A DNA stretch of 64,000 nucleotides from a virus (Duplodnaviria > Heunggongvirae > Uroviricota > Caudoviricetes), in IMG/VR virus record IMGVR_UViG_2913177423_000001, positions 19,415 to 83,414 of that record; one strand, 5' to 3'. The position numbers were made by a program, and so were the translations under genes. Under the pieces are notes generated by a model. It ran no database searches. It was not told the origin of the DNA and saw nothing but the letters and a program-made list of their open reading frames with translations. This document shows positions 34,430 to 43,798 of this stretch, in pieces; the stretch's first letter is position 1; the number at the start of each line of letters is the position of its first letter.

Positions 34430-34732
34430 TTACTCCAGTTCTATTGTATCCGCTTCAATGGCATCGTATTCCTTATGTGTTCCAATAAACTTAACGAACA
34501 TCCATCCTCGCTGATAAGCAATTGCGACAATTAACCTGTAATCATTTCCCTTAATATTGAACACCACGCGCCTGTTTTTAAGGATGCTGGCTGTCCGGTA
34601 CTGTTCTTTGATCTCAGCCGGATTTTTCCAGTCAGCCTTTGTTGCTTCATCAACCCATGCCTTTAATGGCTGTTCTGCATCGGGATTCTTCGCCCAGAAA
34701 TCCCTTAGTGTTTTTACCGAAATTATTTTCAT
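34430..34732 (-). CDS. higB: HigB-family toxin (RelE/ParE superfamily)
   Basis: MKIISVKTLRDFW ... RVVFNIKGNDYRLIVAIAY ... GTHKEYDAI; start at ATG with GAAGGA RBS. Confidence 0.7.
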   Translation of the reverse strand: MKIISVKTLRDFWAKNPDAEQPLKAWVDEATKADWKNPAEIKEQYRTASILKNRRVVFNIKGNDYRLIVAIAYQRGWMFVKFIGTHKEYDAIEADTIELE

Positions 34733-34835
34733 CACAGATTCCTTCTCTCTGAAAGCAGAGTAGTCCCAATATGGGACAATGTAAAGCACTTTAGTCCCAT
34801 GCTGGGATATGAATTGAAATCACAATCTCCAGACA

Positions 34836-35669
34836 ATGCACCTTCGATACCTGATACATCGACCTTTGAGGATGCTTATGGGCCGTTTTGACGAATGGTT
34901 TGCTGACGATGCAAACCTGGTAAGTAAGGAGTCAGAACATGACAGCACGCAGAGAGAAACGCCAGCGCCGATTGAAGAGGATGCAGGAGGCGCGCCGGAA
35001 CATGGCAATACCGGATCGGATTCATTCAGCATTCTGGAAGAGCAATCCACCGCCGAAGCTGATCGCCATGATAATTTCCCTGGTAGCGGCGGTAGTTTTA
35101 CTCCGGACACTGGAGAACCTGATATAGCCATTCTGCCATCTTCCCTGGCAGGCAGAGAACCAACTCCACAGCTAAAAACACGCTATAACGGGCATAAAGC
35201 CTTTAACGACCAGATCCGTGCTGACTGGATGTTAATTATTGAATCCAGCCCAGACGCGTTCCAGGCGCTCTTATACCGACCTGATGTCGGCACATATGGC
35301 GTGGTCAGCGACGAAACTGGAGAAGAGTCATTCACTGAACTGGATAACAACCAGCGCGAACTGACTTACCAGGAACCTGAAATCGTTTATGTGCTGGATA
35401 ACCCTGATGGGCGTGACTCTTTCCATGCTCTTGACTCAGACGGTGAGCAGGACGGTCTGACTGATGACGTCCTTATTCTGCGAATCGCCGCAAATAACGT
35501 ACCCGTCGGCTCAATTCTTGAGTGGAATGAAGAGATGGCAAATGGTGTAGCTCGCCGCTGGTGGTATGTACACCGTATTTTCAGTTACGGCACACAGCAT
35601 GTCGGCTCGCTTTACTACTGCATACCCGCAAGAAACTTTGATACGACTCAGAATGGGGTGATCGAGTAA
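34836..35669 (+). CDS. hypothetical acidic protein (start uncertain)
   Basis: long ORF, Asp/Glu-rich; first gene of rightward cluster. Confidence 0.5.
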   Translation: MHLRYLIHRPLRMLMGRFDEWFADDANLVSKESEHDSTQRETPAPIEEDAGGAPEHGNTGSDSFSILEEQSTAEADRHDNFPGSGGSFTPDTGEPDIAILPSSLAGREPTPQLKTRYNGHKAFNDQIRADWMLIIESSPDAFQALLYRPDVGTYGVVSDETGEESFTELDNNQRELTYQEPEIVYVLDNPDGRDSFHALDSDGEQDGLTDDVLILRIAANNVPVGSILEWNEEMANGVARRWWYVHRIFSYGTQHVGSLYYCIPARNFDTTQNGVIE

Positions 35670-36433
35670 TGTCAAACAATACCCTCCTGGCGCGGATCGG
35701 CGAATGGCAGACAACACGCACAGGGAAATTCCAGACTACTGGCCTTGAGAGCGTGGATAACGCGTTCGCTTCGCTCATTAGCAACATTTTTTCAGATATC
35801 TTGCTGGTGGAACCTACGCGAGAAGAAAAGCGTTTTGCATCGTTTCTGAATCGCCCACCAGCCGAACGTGTTTACGTGGCTCGTTTCGATAATGCTATTG
35901 AGTTTCTTAAAGCCGTGCGCCGCGCAAATGCCGGGCAAGGAAGAAAACCGGAAAACCAGAACATTAATCGCGATGCCTTGCCGTTGATCAACATCTCCCG
36001 GTCTATGGATATCAGCTATATCAATGATGATCAGCAGATAGACCGCAGGCAAACTGCCAGTTTTTGCAACCCGGATACTGGAATGCCTTTAGCGACTCTG
36101 GAATACACCCAGGCTATCCTGACTTATGACGTTACGTTAATGGCTACTGATAAAGCAACCATGAGTCTGATGTGTAATTCGCTGGGCGCGCGGCTCCGCC
36201 TGATGACCGGAACACAATTTGAGGCAAACACTAACCTGGTGCGTGTTCCTGTTCCTCTGATTTGCTCCATTCAGGATGCTAAAGACGTTGGATTTACGGA
36301 TGTTTCGGCACCCGTGGGAGAAGAGAGGATTTATGCTACTCAGGCACCTGTAAGCGTCATTGCGGATGTAATCACAGCCTGGGAATTGGACGCGAAACGC
36401 GTTGTTACTGAAACCTCGCTGGCTATGGGGTAA
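35669..36433 (+). CDS. hypothetical protein (254 aa), probable virion/baseplate-associated
   Basis: start overlaps upstream stop; precedes spike-like gene. Confidence 0.5.
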   Translation: MSNNTLLARIGEWQTTRTGKFQTTGLESVDNAFASLISNIFSDILLVEPTREEKRFASFLNRPPAERVYVARFDNAIEFLKAVRRANAGQGRKPENQNINRDALPLINISRSMDISYINDDQQIDRRQTASFCNPDTGMPLATLEYTQAILTYDVTLMATDKATMSLMCNSLGARLRLMTGTQFEANTNLVRVPVPLICSIQDAKDVGFTDVSAPVGEERIYATQAPVSVIADVITAWELDAKRVVTETSLAMG

Positions 36434-36436
36434 TCA

Positions 36437-37417
36437 ATGTCCCAGGAGTTACAACAATACTTCCTCCAGTCAGTCACAATTAACGATAACAAAGTGCCAC
36501 GAGACTGGATTTTTACCGCAGTGTACGTGGAAAAGAGCAGCCTTAAAGCGCCGTTATTGAAGCTGGAAATTCATGACATGACAGGCACCATAATTGATGA
36601 CTGGAAAGCTAAATACGGTGCATCGCTGGTGGCTGAAATGGGCGATCCAAACGGTAATGCTGGCACTTTTAAAACAACTTTTTTTGTTACGTCAGCAATG
36701 CTGGCTGGGGATGTAGTTACCGTTATTGCGGTCAGTGAAGACGTGCATCGGTTTAAGATCCCCTCCCCTCGCACCAATCTACACACGAACAAAACGCCGG
36801 ACACCATATTCAAGGCGTATAGCGGCAATCTTAAAATTTCCAGCAGTGTCCTAAAGCGTGCGGTTACATATCACCTGAACGCAGGCGACAAGCCGTCAAA
36901 AATGCTCTCAGAGATAGCACGCGACAAAGGTGCATTGTGTTGGGTCTGCCGGGGAGAATTTAACTTTTACACCCTGGCTGATCTGATGAAGCAAACTCCA
37001 TCCTTCACCTACGAAGGTAATAATCCACAAGCGAAATACACCTTGTCAAAAATGCGCATGATTCAACAGGAACATGCGACAACAGCAAAGAATCAGTACC
37101 GTTTTGTGGGCTATTCCATGACTGATGGTTATATCGAATATGGCGATAGTTCCCTGCCTGTACGTTACATATCCGATTCCGATATGGAAACTCTTCGCAA
37201 TATGCAGCTGTCTCTCGTCCCCAAAATGGATATAGAAGTTGCAGGCAATCCGGATATAAAGCCAGGAATGCTGATAGAGATTCTTGTATACCGTTATGAT
37301 CAAGAAAACCGTATCGATGAATCAATGCCACGTAAGCTCATAGTGAAAAACGTCGCTCACTTTGAAGATCGTATAGGCTACACAACCAGAATGATATTAG
37401 GAGTGCCAAATAAGTGA
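36437..37417 (+). CDS. hypothetical protein (326 aa), probable baseplate component
   Basis: coupled to downstream spike-like gene (4-nt overlap). Confidence 0.5.
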   Translation: MSQELQQYFLQSVTINDNKVPRDWIFTAVYVEKSSLKAPLLKLEIHDMTGTIIDDWKAKYGASLVAEMGDPNGNAGTFKTTFFVTSAMLAGDVVTVIAVSEDVHRFKIPSPRTNLHTNKTPDTIFKAYSGNLKISSSVLKRAVTYHLNAGDKPSKMLSEIARDKGALCWVCRGEFNFYTLADLMKQTPSFTYEGNNPQAKYTLSKMRMIQQEHATTAKNQYRFVGYSMTDGYIEYGDSSLPVRYISDSDMETLRNMQLSLVPKMDIEVAGNPDIKPGMLIEILVYRYDQENRIDESMPRKLIVKNVAHFEDRIGYTTRMILGVPNK

Positions 37418-38067
37418 AGCGTAGAGCGCAGATAGTAGGAACCGAACACCCGGCAGGACTCATGCGCGCTCAGGTTCGAATTTTACCTGACTGGAATGGA
37501 GTTCCCGACGATGATCTCCCCTGGGCAGAATACCAGTTACCCATAGGTAACGCGTTTGTACCTACAGTAAAAGGCGACCTGGTATGGGTAGAGTTTCCTT
37601 ATCTGGATGTTAATGGTCGAATTGATACCAGACGCCCAATGATAGTTGGCGCGGCTCAGGATGCGCCTGGTGGAGTACCAAACGTCGCGCCGGAGGCGTC
37701 AGGCAATGGTAGCGGCTGGACGCCACCTGAAGTAGACGGAGCGCCTCCCCGCCCGCAATTTTCGGCGACAAAAGATTTCGTTATTCACCGCAACAATGTG
37801 CTCGAAGTGCGAACGGTTGGCGGTGGATATGAAATAGCGAATACGGCAGCAGGCTCAAGGATAGGAATGAATGAATCAGGGCAGATATACATCATTGGCC
37901 CGGCTGATGTAGTAGTGAATGCGGGAGGGAGTGTTAACGTCAAATCAGCCGATAACATCAGCGTTAATGGCAAAAACATTTCTGTGACAGCCGACGAAAA
38001 TATTGATTTCAAGGCAGGAGGCACCTTCCAGGCTATCGCAAGCAACTTTGATTTCAAGAAGGGATAG
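37414..38067 (+). CDS. baseplate central spike protein (gpV-like OB-fold)
   Basis: N-terminal GDLVWVEFPYLDVNGRIDTRRP resembles P2 gpV-type spike; Gly-rich C-terminus. Confidence 0.5.
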   Translation: MKRRAQIVGTEHPAGLMRAQVRILPDWNGVPDDDLPWAEYQLPIGNAFVPTVKGDLVWVEFPYLDVNGRIDTRRPMIVGAAQDAPGGVPNVAPEASGNGSGWTPPEVDGAPPRPQFSATKDFVIHRNNVLEVRTVGGGYEIANTAAGSRIGMNESGQIYIIGPADVVVNAGGSVNVKSADNISVNGKNISVTADENIDFKAGGTFQAIASNFDFKKG

Positions 38068-38076
38068 AAAACACAT

Positions 38077-38120
38077 CCAATTGTGTTAGATAATTGAATA
38101 GAATTTTCTAACACAATTGG
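38077..38120. promoter_or_regulatory. perfect palindromic double operator (CCAATTGTGTTAGA ... TCTAACACAATTGG)
   Basis: 14-bp perfect inverted termini enclosing two motif copies, ending 7 nt before rdgC-homolog ATG. Confidence 0.6.
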
Positions 38121-38126
38121 TGAAAC

Positions 38127-39032
38127 ATGAGATCTGTCGCTTTCAAAAACATCTTCATCTATCGTCTTTCACGTGAAGTTAACTGGAGTGCCGCAGAAGT
38201 ATCCGATGCTCTTAGCAAATTCGTGTTTACTCCTTGCGGTTCTCAGGACACAGCTAAAGTCGGTTGGACACCTGTTCTTGGTGACAACCTCACCCATGAA
38301 TACCAGGGTTTTCTGCTAATACAGCATAAGCGAGAAGAAAAAATTCTCCCTTCGCAGGTGCTCAAGGAAGAGTTGCAGAAAAAAGTCCTGAAACTCGAAG
38401 AAGAGCAAGCACGCAAGCTGAAGAAAACGGAAAGAGACAGTCTTAAAGATGAAGTCCTGCATTCCCTTTTGCCTCGCGCGTTCACGAGAAAATCACTCGC
38501 CAAAATCCTGATCGACCGCAGCAACCATCTGGTATTCGTTGAGGCAAGCAGCGCCAAAAAGGCAGAGGATCAGCTGGCTTTATTGCGAAAATCGCTCGGC
38601 AGCCTGCCCGTCATTCCATTCACACCACGCGAACCGCTGGAAATCACAATGACCGAGTGGTTTAAAAACGGCTTCCCTGCCGGATTCACAGCAGGTGAAG
38701 ATGCCACATTAAAGGCTCTGTTTGATGATGGTGGTGCCGTTCGCTGCAACAAAGTTGATCTACAGTCCGACGAGATTATGTCTCACATTGAGGCGGGGAA
38801 AGTAGCTACGACCGTTGCAATTAACTGGATGGACCGCGCGTCGTTCAGAGTAAACGATGATATGAGTATCAAAGCCCTGACATTCTGTGATGATCTCTAT
38901 GACCAGAATGACGATATCGACCGGGAGGATGTAGCACAACGATTTGATGCTGATTTCGTGCTCTTTACGGGCGAATTATCTGCACTGTTTAACGCGCTGG
39001 TGGAGGCCATTGGCGGTGAAGCAGAACGATAA
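38127..39032 (+). CDS. hrdC: recombination-associated protein RdgC homolog
   Basis: near-colinear match to E. coli RdgC ([59 protein letters not shown]). Confidence 0.85.
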   Translation: MRSVAFKNIFIYRLSREVNWSAAEVSDALSKFVFTPCGSQDTAKVGWTPVLGDNLTHEYQGFLLIQHKREEKILPSQVLKEELQKKVLKLEEEQARKLKKTERDSLKDEVLHSLLPRAFTRKSLAKILIDRSNHLVFVEASSAKKAEDQLALLRKSLGSLPVIPFTPREPLEITMTEWFKNGFPAGFTAGEDATLKALFDDGGAVRCNKVDLQSDEIMSHIEAGKVATTVAINWMDRASFRVNDDMSIKALTFCDDLYDQNDDIDREDVAQRFDADFVLFTGELSALFNALVEAIGGEAER

Positions 39033-39048
39033 TAACCGACCGCTTGTT

Positions 39049-39696
39049 GTGAGTGTGTGTGATTTTACGGGGGGAATGGTTGCCCCCTGGCTGGAATACG
39101 GTGTCGATGCCGCTATCGTCGATCCACAGCACTTATCGACCAGTGACGAGCTGATGCAATCAGGTGCCGTTCTGACGCGTATTAGTGCGATCATCGATAG
39201 CGATGAAGTATACGCTTTTCTCCGTAAGAATTTGCAGCGCATCGTGTTTCTGGCCGGGTTCCCACCGTGTACTGACCTGGCTGTTTCCGGCGCGCGCTGG
39301 TTTTCGGACAAGGCTAATAAAGATCCGGTCTTCCAGTTCAAAGCAATGCAGGTTGTCTGGCAGTGTTATGACATTGCAAAGATGATCGGTTGTCCGTACA
39401 TGATTGAAAATCCGGTCAGCAAAATATCGACATTCTGGCGTAAGCCAGATCACATCTTTCACCCTTACTTCTTCACTGCATATTGTCAGGAAGATAACTA
39501 CACCAAAAAAACATGCCTCTGGAGCGGCCAGGGCTTTGTCATGCCTGATGCCCTAATGGACGAATCATTAGGCAAGCCAGATAACAGAATCCATGCCGCG
39601 CCACCAGGGCCTGACAGGGCTAATTTTAGAAGTGCTACTCCACATGGATTCGCAAAGGCAGTTTTCGAAGCGAATAAGGGGGTGCTCTATGAGTAA
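39049..39696 (+). CDS. putative DNA (cytosine-5) methyltransferase-like protein (short)
   Basis: motifs CDFTGG, FPPC (PC-motif) and IENP (ENV-like); GTG start inferred. Confidence 0.5.
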   Translation: MSVCDFTGGMVAPWLEYGVDAAIVDPQHLSTSDELMQSGAVLTRISAIIDSDEVYAFLRKNLQRIVFLAGFPPCTDLAVSGARWFSDKANKDPVFQFKAMQVVWQCYDIAKMIGCPYMIENPVSKISTFWRKPDHIFHPYFFTAYCQEDNYTKKTCLWSGQGFVMPDALMDESLGKPDNRIHAAPPGPDRANFRSATPHGFAKAVFEANKGVLYE

Positions 39697-40594
39697 ATCT
39701 ATAGCAAGCATAGCCATAGAAAAACGGGATACGATGGCTGAAATTAGCTATATGCGCACCATTCGGACTCCGGATGAATATGAGCGTCCGATCTTCAAAT
39801 GGGTAGGTGGTAAATTCTCAGAATTGCCTACAGTGCTTGAGCATCTACCACACGGCAAGCGGTTAATAGAACCGTTCGTTGGTGGCGGTTCCGTATTTAC
39901 GAATGCAGGATTTCGCCACAACCTGCTTAATGATATTAACGGTGACCTGATTAACTTCTATCAGACATTGCAGCGGGAAGGACATTCGCTCGTCACGCTG
40001 TCATATAGTTTTTTCAAAAATTACAACAACGCTGACGCTTACCTCGAAGTGCGTGAGGCATTTAACAGAGGAAAGTATGACCAGCTACATCATGCTGCCG
40101 CCTTTTTGTACCTTAATCGGCACTGTTTTAATGGCGTAACACGGTACAACCAAAATGGCGATTTCAACGTGGGGTATGGCAAATACAAAGCGCCCTACTT
40201 CCCACATGCAGAGATGGAGGCGTTTTTGGCTGATGACGTACTCAAAAACACATCCTTTGTATCAGGTGACTTTGCTGGCGTCATCGAGGCGGCTGGTGAA
40301 GACGATGTGATTTTTTGCGATCCGCCGTATGAACCGCTGCCGGATACAGAGGGATTTACCAGCTATTCAGGAAATAGCTTCCGTTTCGATGAACAAAAAA
40401 GGCTTGTATCACTGTTGGTGGCTGCCCACCAGCGCGGCGCGAAGGTAGTGATAACAAACAGTGGCGCGCCCAAAATTCGCGAATTGTACGAAAGAAACGG
40501 TTTTAAGCTGTACCACATGCCAGCCAGACGGTCCGTGTCATGCAAAGCATCCACGCGAATAGTCGCTAACGATATCATTGCAACGCTCAAATAG
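39689..40594 (+). CDS. dam: DNA N6-adenine methyltransferase (Dam family)
   Basis: KWVGGK motif and catalytic DPPY; ATG overlapping upstream stop. Confidence 0.8.
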   Translation: MSKSIASIAIEKRDTMAEISYMRTIRTPDEYERPIFKWVGGKFSELPTVLEHLPHGKRLIEPFVGGGSVFTNAGFRHNLLNDINGDLINFYQTLQREGHSLVTLSYSFFKNYNNADAYLEVREAFNRGKYDQLHHAAAFLYLNRHCFNGVTRYNQNGDFNVGYGKYKAPYFPHAEMEAFLADDVLKNTSFVSGDFAGVIEAAGEDDVIFCDPPYEPLPDTEGFTSYSGNSFRFDEQKRLVSLLVAAHQRGAKVVITNSGAPKIRELYERNGFKLYHMPARRSVSCKASTRIVANDIIATLK

Positions 40595-40618
40595 AAAAAG
40601 CCCCAGGCGGGGCTTTTG
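40595..40618 (+). terminator. intrinsic terminator
   Basis: hairpin AAAAGCCCC-AGGC-GGGGCTTTT. Confidence 0.65.
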
Positions 40619-40661
40619 ATGCCGATACAGTGTCAATTTGATATCAATATGGTTGTATATT

Positions 40662-40720
40662 AACACCATTACGGCACCACTTTGACACCATTATTGCACC
40701 GGTACATGATAGACACCAAT
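40662..40720. repeat. centromere-like iterons (11-bp periodic (A/G)CACCA repeats), downstream cluster
   Basis: ACACCATTAC GGCACCACTTT GACACCATTAT TGCACC ... Confidence 0.5.
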
Positions 40721-40737
40721 GAGGCATCAAATCGGTA

Positions 40738-41022
40738 TCATTTTGCATCCTCTGACTCAGCAAGCATGAGGATGGCATGTCGAATCAGGTTCAATTTGCT
40801 GCGGTTAAGCTTTTTGCTTAACGCATCGAGCACCCCGTACTCATATTCATTAAAGCTCACGCGTATGGATTTAAAGTCACGCGGCGCATCTTTATCTGGA
40901 GTTTGAGTTGCAGCCTCAACGCCCGGCACCAAATCGGCTTTAATGGCGAACTCTTCAATGCGGCGCTCTAGTTCAGGGTCTTTTACAGCTTGTGCATTCA
41001 CTGGCTCACGGCGCTTAATCAC
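40738..41022 (-). CDS. ParG-like small centromere-binding protein (putative ribbon-helix-helix)
   Basis: 94-aa ORF coupled downstream of ParA (4-nt overlap). Confidence 0.5.
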   Translation of the reverse strand: MIKRREPVNAQAVKDPELERRIEEFAIKADLVPGVEAATQTPDKDAPRDFKSIRVSFNEYEYGVLDALSKKLNRSKLNLIRHAILMLAESEDAK

Positions 41023-41651
41023 GATAACAACTCCTTAATCAACATCTGGATCTCGCCCTTTGCTTTCCCGTTGTCCATTTCAACAACACCCTTCCCTTCT
41101 GCCATGCAGTCACGATAAATCTTACGGTCACGGACGACAGTTTTCAGGAGTTCAAGTTGCGGGTATTCAGCAAGATATTCCCTTGCCTCATTGGCTTCGT
41201 TAACGACCGGGTTGGATGGTGCCATAGTCAGCATGGCATACGCCTTAAGTTTAGGGTTGAAATCCATCGCCTCAGCTATAACCTCAACAAGGTGCGGTAG
41301 AGTATCCAGATCCGGCTGGGAAGGACGGAACGGCACCAGAAGCACATCTGCCGCTGTCATGCCTGTACGCATCTCACGACTGTCGCGACCAGCAGTATCG
41401 ACGACAACGTACTCGTAACGTTTATCCAGATCGAGCAGCGTCTCACGAATATTATCGAACTTCTGCACGCAGTGAATGACAGGGGCAACCTCACCTGCAT
41501 TACGGTCTGACGCCCATCGAGCTGCCGTTCCCTGTTTATCAGCATCAATCAAGACGACATCTTTGTTTTTTCGGGCCAGCTCGGCACAAATATTGACGCT
41601 GGTGGTTGACTTGCCACAGCCTCCCTTTTGACTTGCTACCAGGATAATCAT
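41019..41651 (-). CDS. parA: ParA/ParF-type partition ATPase (small Walker-type)
   Basis: deviant Walker A KGGCGKST; 210 aa. Confidence 0.85.
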   Translation of the reverse strand: MIILVASQKGGCGKSTTSVNICAELARKNKDVVLIDADKQGTAARWASDRNAGEVAPVIHCVQKFDNIRETLLDLDKRYEYVVVDTAGRDSREMRTGMTAADVLLVPFRPSQPDLDTLPHLVEVIAEAMDFNPKLKAYAMLTMAPSNPVVNEANEAREYLAEYPQLELLKTVVRDRKIYRDCMAEGKGVVEMDNGKAKGEIQMLIKELLS

Positions 41652-41714
41652 GTCCGCACCTCGGCTTTATTACGGCTCTATTTTCACACTAAAACAGTAC
41701 CGATTTAACACATC

Positions 41715-41882
41715 AACGGTACAGCAATAGCACCATTCTTAATGCCAGGAGTATAACATCAAATCCGATGGATACTGGTACACGTTTTGCGCCTGAATAG
41801 CACTAAATTAGCACCAAATATGCACCAGTACATTAACAACACCAATTCGGCGTTGTTTTGGTGCCACTTCAACACCATTTTG
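41715..41882. repeat. centromere-like iterons ((A/G)CACCA at about 11-bp spacing), upstream cluster
   Basis: about 8 copies between parA start and parR-like stop. Confidence 0.5.
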
Positions 41883-41940
41883 ACACCAAAACTGAACAAA
41901 AAAGGCTGCAATTTGCAGCCTTAAGATAGTGTATGAACCG

Positions 41941-42285
41941 TCAATCAGGTAGAGAGTCAGCCAGATTGCGCGCCGACGCGCTTTTGGCAACAACTTGCTC
42001 CTTCACTGGCTCAATGGAGGCAGGTCGCTCTTCAACCGCAGCAGGTAGTTCCAGGAAGGACGCCAGCATTTTTCGGATCAGATCCGGGTTATTGTCTTCG
42101 GTTAGCAGGGAAGCCAGTAATCCTGGAAGCCTGCTATCGACTTCTCCCAGCGCAAGCCCTGCCAACAATGCAGTTCTTGCCATATCGCTATGTTTTTTTA
42201 TCTTCTCGCTCGCCGCCTTTTCATTGGCATAAGCCTCTGGGCGAAGATAAATCATCACTTTCTTACGTTCCTGAGACATGGACAT
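41941..42285 (-). CDS. ParR/StbB-like partition adaptor
   Basis: 114-aa ORF immediately downstream of ParM-like gene; followed by minus-strand terminator hairpin. Confidence 0.45.
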   Translation of the reverse strand: MSMSQERKKVMIYLRPEAYANEKAASEKIKKHSDMARTALLAGLALGEVDSRLPGLLASLLTEDNNPDLIRKMLASFLELPAAVEERPASIEPVKEQVVAKSASARNLADSLPD

Positions 42286-42291
42286 ACCTCG

Positions 42292-43248
42292 TTAACCGAT
42301 TGCTTTCAGGCCATGAACAAGAGCAAGTTGCGGGTCATCCGCCACGAAGAAACGGTCATCGCGAATATTAACTTGCTCGCGAATTGCATCAGCCACCAGT
42401 GGTGCGCCGCCACCGATCACCATGACATGCGTATATCCTTTAAAGTCGCCAATCACATCAAGAACGCGGGTACGCAGACGGTCAATACTTGCAGCAATGG
42501 CCTTTTTCACATCACCAATAGCTGATGGGTCATTGATATTGTCGTTCAGATAATCTTCATCGTGGCGGTTAATAATGAGCTGATCGACATTGTAATTTGA
42601 CGTTTCGGTATTGGCTCTGGCAAGTGCTTGCCTTACTTCCCTGGTAACCAGAGAGACGCCAAGATTCGAATCGCCAAAAACACGGGAAACTGCCGTCATT
42701 TGCCCGGCGACCATTGAAACATCAAGGGTAGTTCCACCCAAATCGACGATAAGAACAGAGTGGGCAGGGTTCAGATTGTCGCACAGGCCAATTCCTGCCG
42801 GAATAGACTCCGGGCGTACCGTAACTTTCTTAATCGTGAACACATTGCCTTTATTCAGCGTGACGGGGCGCATAAGGCTGGCTTTTTTGCGCTCGATGTT
42901 ATCGAGATTGTATTGCGCGTCGTCGTCGTAAAACTCCGCCAGAGGCAGCGTGACCACGATTTCTACTTCCTGCGGCTCAATGCCACTGGTCAGCAAAGCA
43001 TGGTGAACAGCCAGGACGTTAAGCGGGCTGTATTGCCATTCCACGTTATTCGTCGGCAGAACATCTGGCGAGATCAAATCATACGAATACTTTTCGTCGT
43101 CAATGACATAGTTAAACGGCTTGCCAGCACCAAATGTTGCGGACCAGCCGCGCTTAAAGCTGTTAGGACTGATGTGCGTGCGAGTTTCCCCGTCGTGTTC
43201 CCACAGCATTTTGATATTTGTTGAACCATCGTCGATAAAAATGCGCAT
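42292..43248 (-). CDS. parM: ParM/StbA-type actin-like partition ATPase
   Basis: MRIFIDDGSTNIK phosphate-1 motif, LIVDLGGTTLD phosphate-2, VMVIGGGA adenosine motif. Confidence 0.8.
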   Translation of the reverse strand: MRIFIDDGSTNIKMLWEHDGETRTHISPNSFKRGWSATFGAGKPFNYVIDDEKYSYDLISPDVLPTNNVEWQYSPLNVLAVHHALLTSGIEPQEVEIVVTLPLAEFYDDDAQYNLDNIERKKASLMRPVTLNKGNVFTIKKVTVRPESIPAGIGLCDNLNPAHSVLIVDLGGTTLDVSMVAGQMTAVSRVFGDSNLGVSLVTREVRQALARANTETSNYNVDQLIINRHDEDYLNDNINDPSAIGDVKKAIAASIDRLRTRVLDVIGDFKGYTHVMVIGGGAPLVADAIREQVNIRDDRFFVADDPQLALVHGLKAIG

Positions 43249-43269
43249 CTTCTTGCTCCACTTCTGAGA

Positions 43270-43435
43270 CACATTTGAGAATCAAATCATGATTTTAAAA
43301 GAGAAGGAATCGAAAATCCACACAATTCGAGATGAAAGAGAGTCGTTATTGAGATTATTTTGAGAATATCTTTAACCACTTTCTGGGTTTGATGCAAAGG
43401 TGAGAACAATTCGAGAATAAAACGAGAATTTTAAA
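43270..43435. repeat. parC-like centromere iterons (TTGAGAAT / TCGAGAAT repeats)
   Basis: about 8 copies of GAGA(A/T)T-core repeat upstream of parM-like gene. Confidence 0.5.
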
Positions 43436-43513
43436 TATTTCGTGATTTCACTCTCTCTTTGAGTGACGAAATAACAAAGTGATGACAATAGGCGAATAAC
43501 CAGGAGATGAAGA

Positions 43514-43798
43514 ATGAGCGCAATAGCCACCAGCGACACACTTTGTTCCGGTCACGGAGGATTCCCGCCGCGGCTGGTTGCTGAAACCGTTCCCTGGTTC
43601 ACCGTCAACGGTAAGCCAGTTGTTGTGGATGGTGCCATGTTCCCCAGCCATACAGACGGTAACAGCACACATCCGGGATCGGCTGTATCGACGCGGGCAT
43701 GGTATTCAATAGGTGGAAAGGGAGTCGTCTGCGTAGGCGATCCGCTTTCTTGTGGTTCTGTTATCGCCAACGGCGAGGATATTTTTCAGGTCGCATAA
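43514..43798 (+). CDS. PAAR-like spike tip protein
   Basis: TVNGKPVVVDGA and IGGKGVVCVGDPLSCGSVIANGE resemble PAAR repeats. Confidence 0.5.
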   Translation: MSAIATSDTLCSGHGGFPPRLVAETVPWFTVNGKPVVVDGAMFPSHTDGNSTHPGSAVSTRAWYSIGGKGVVCVGDPLSCGSVIANGEDIFQVA

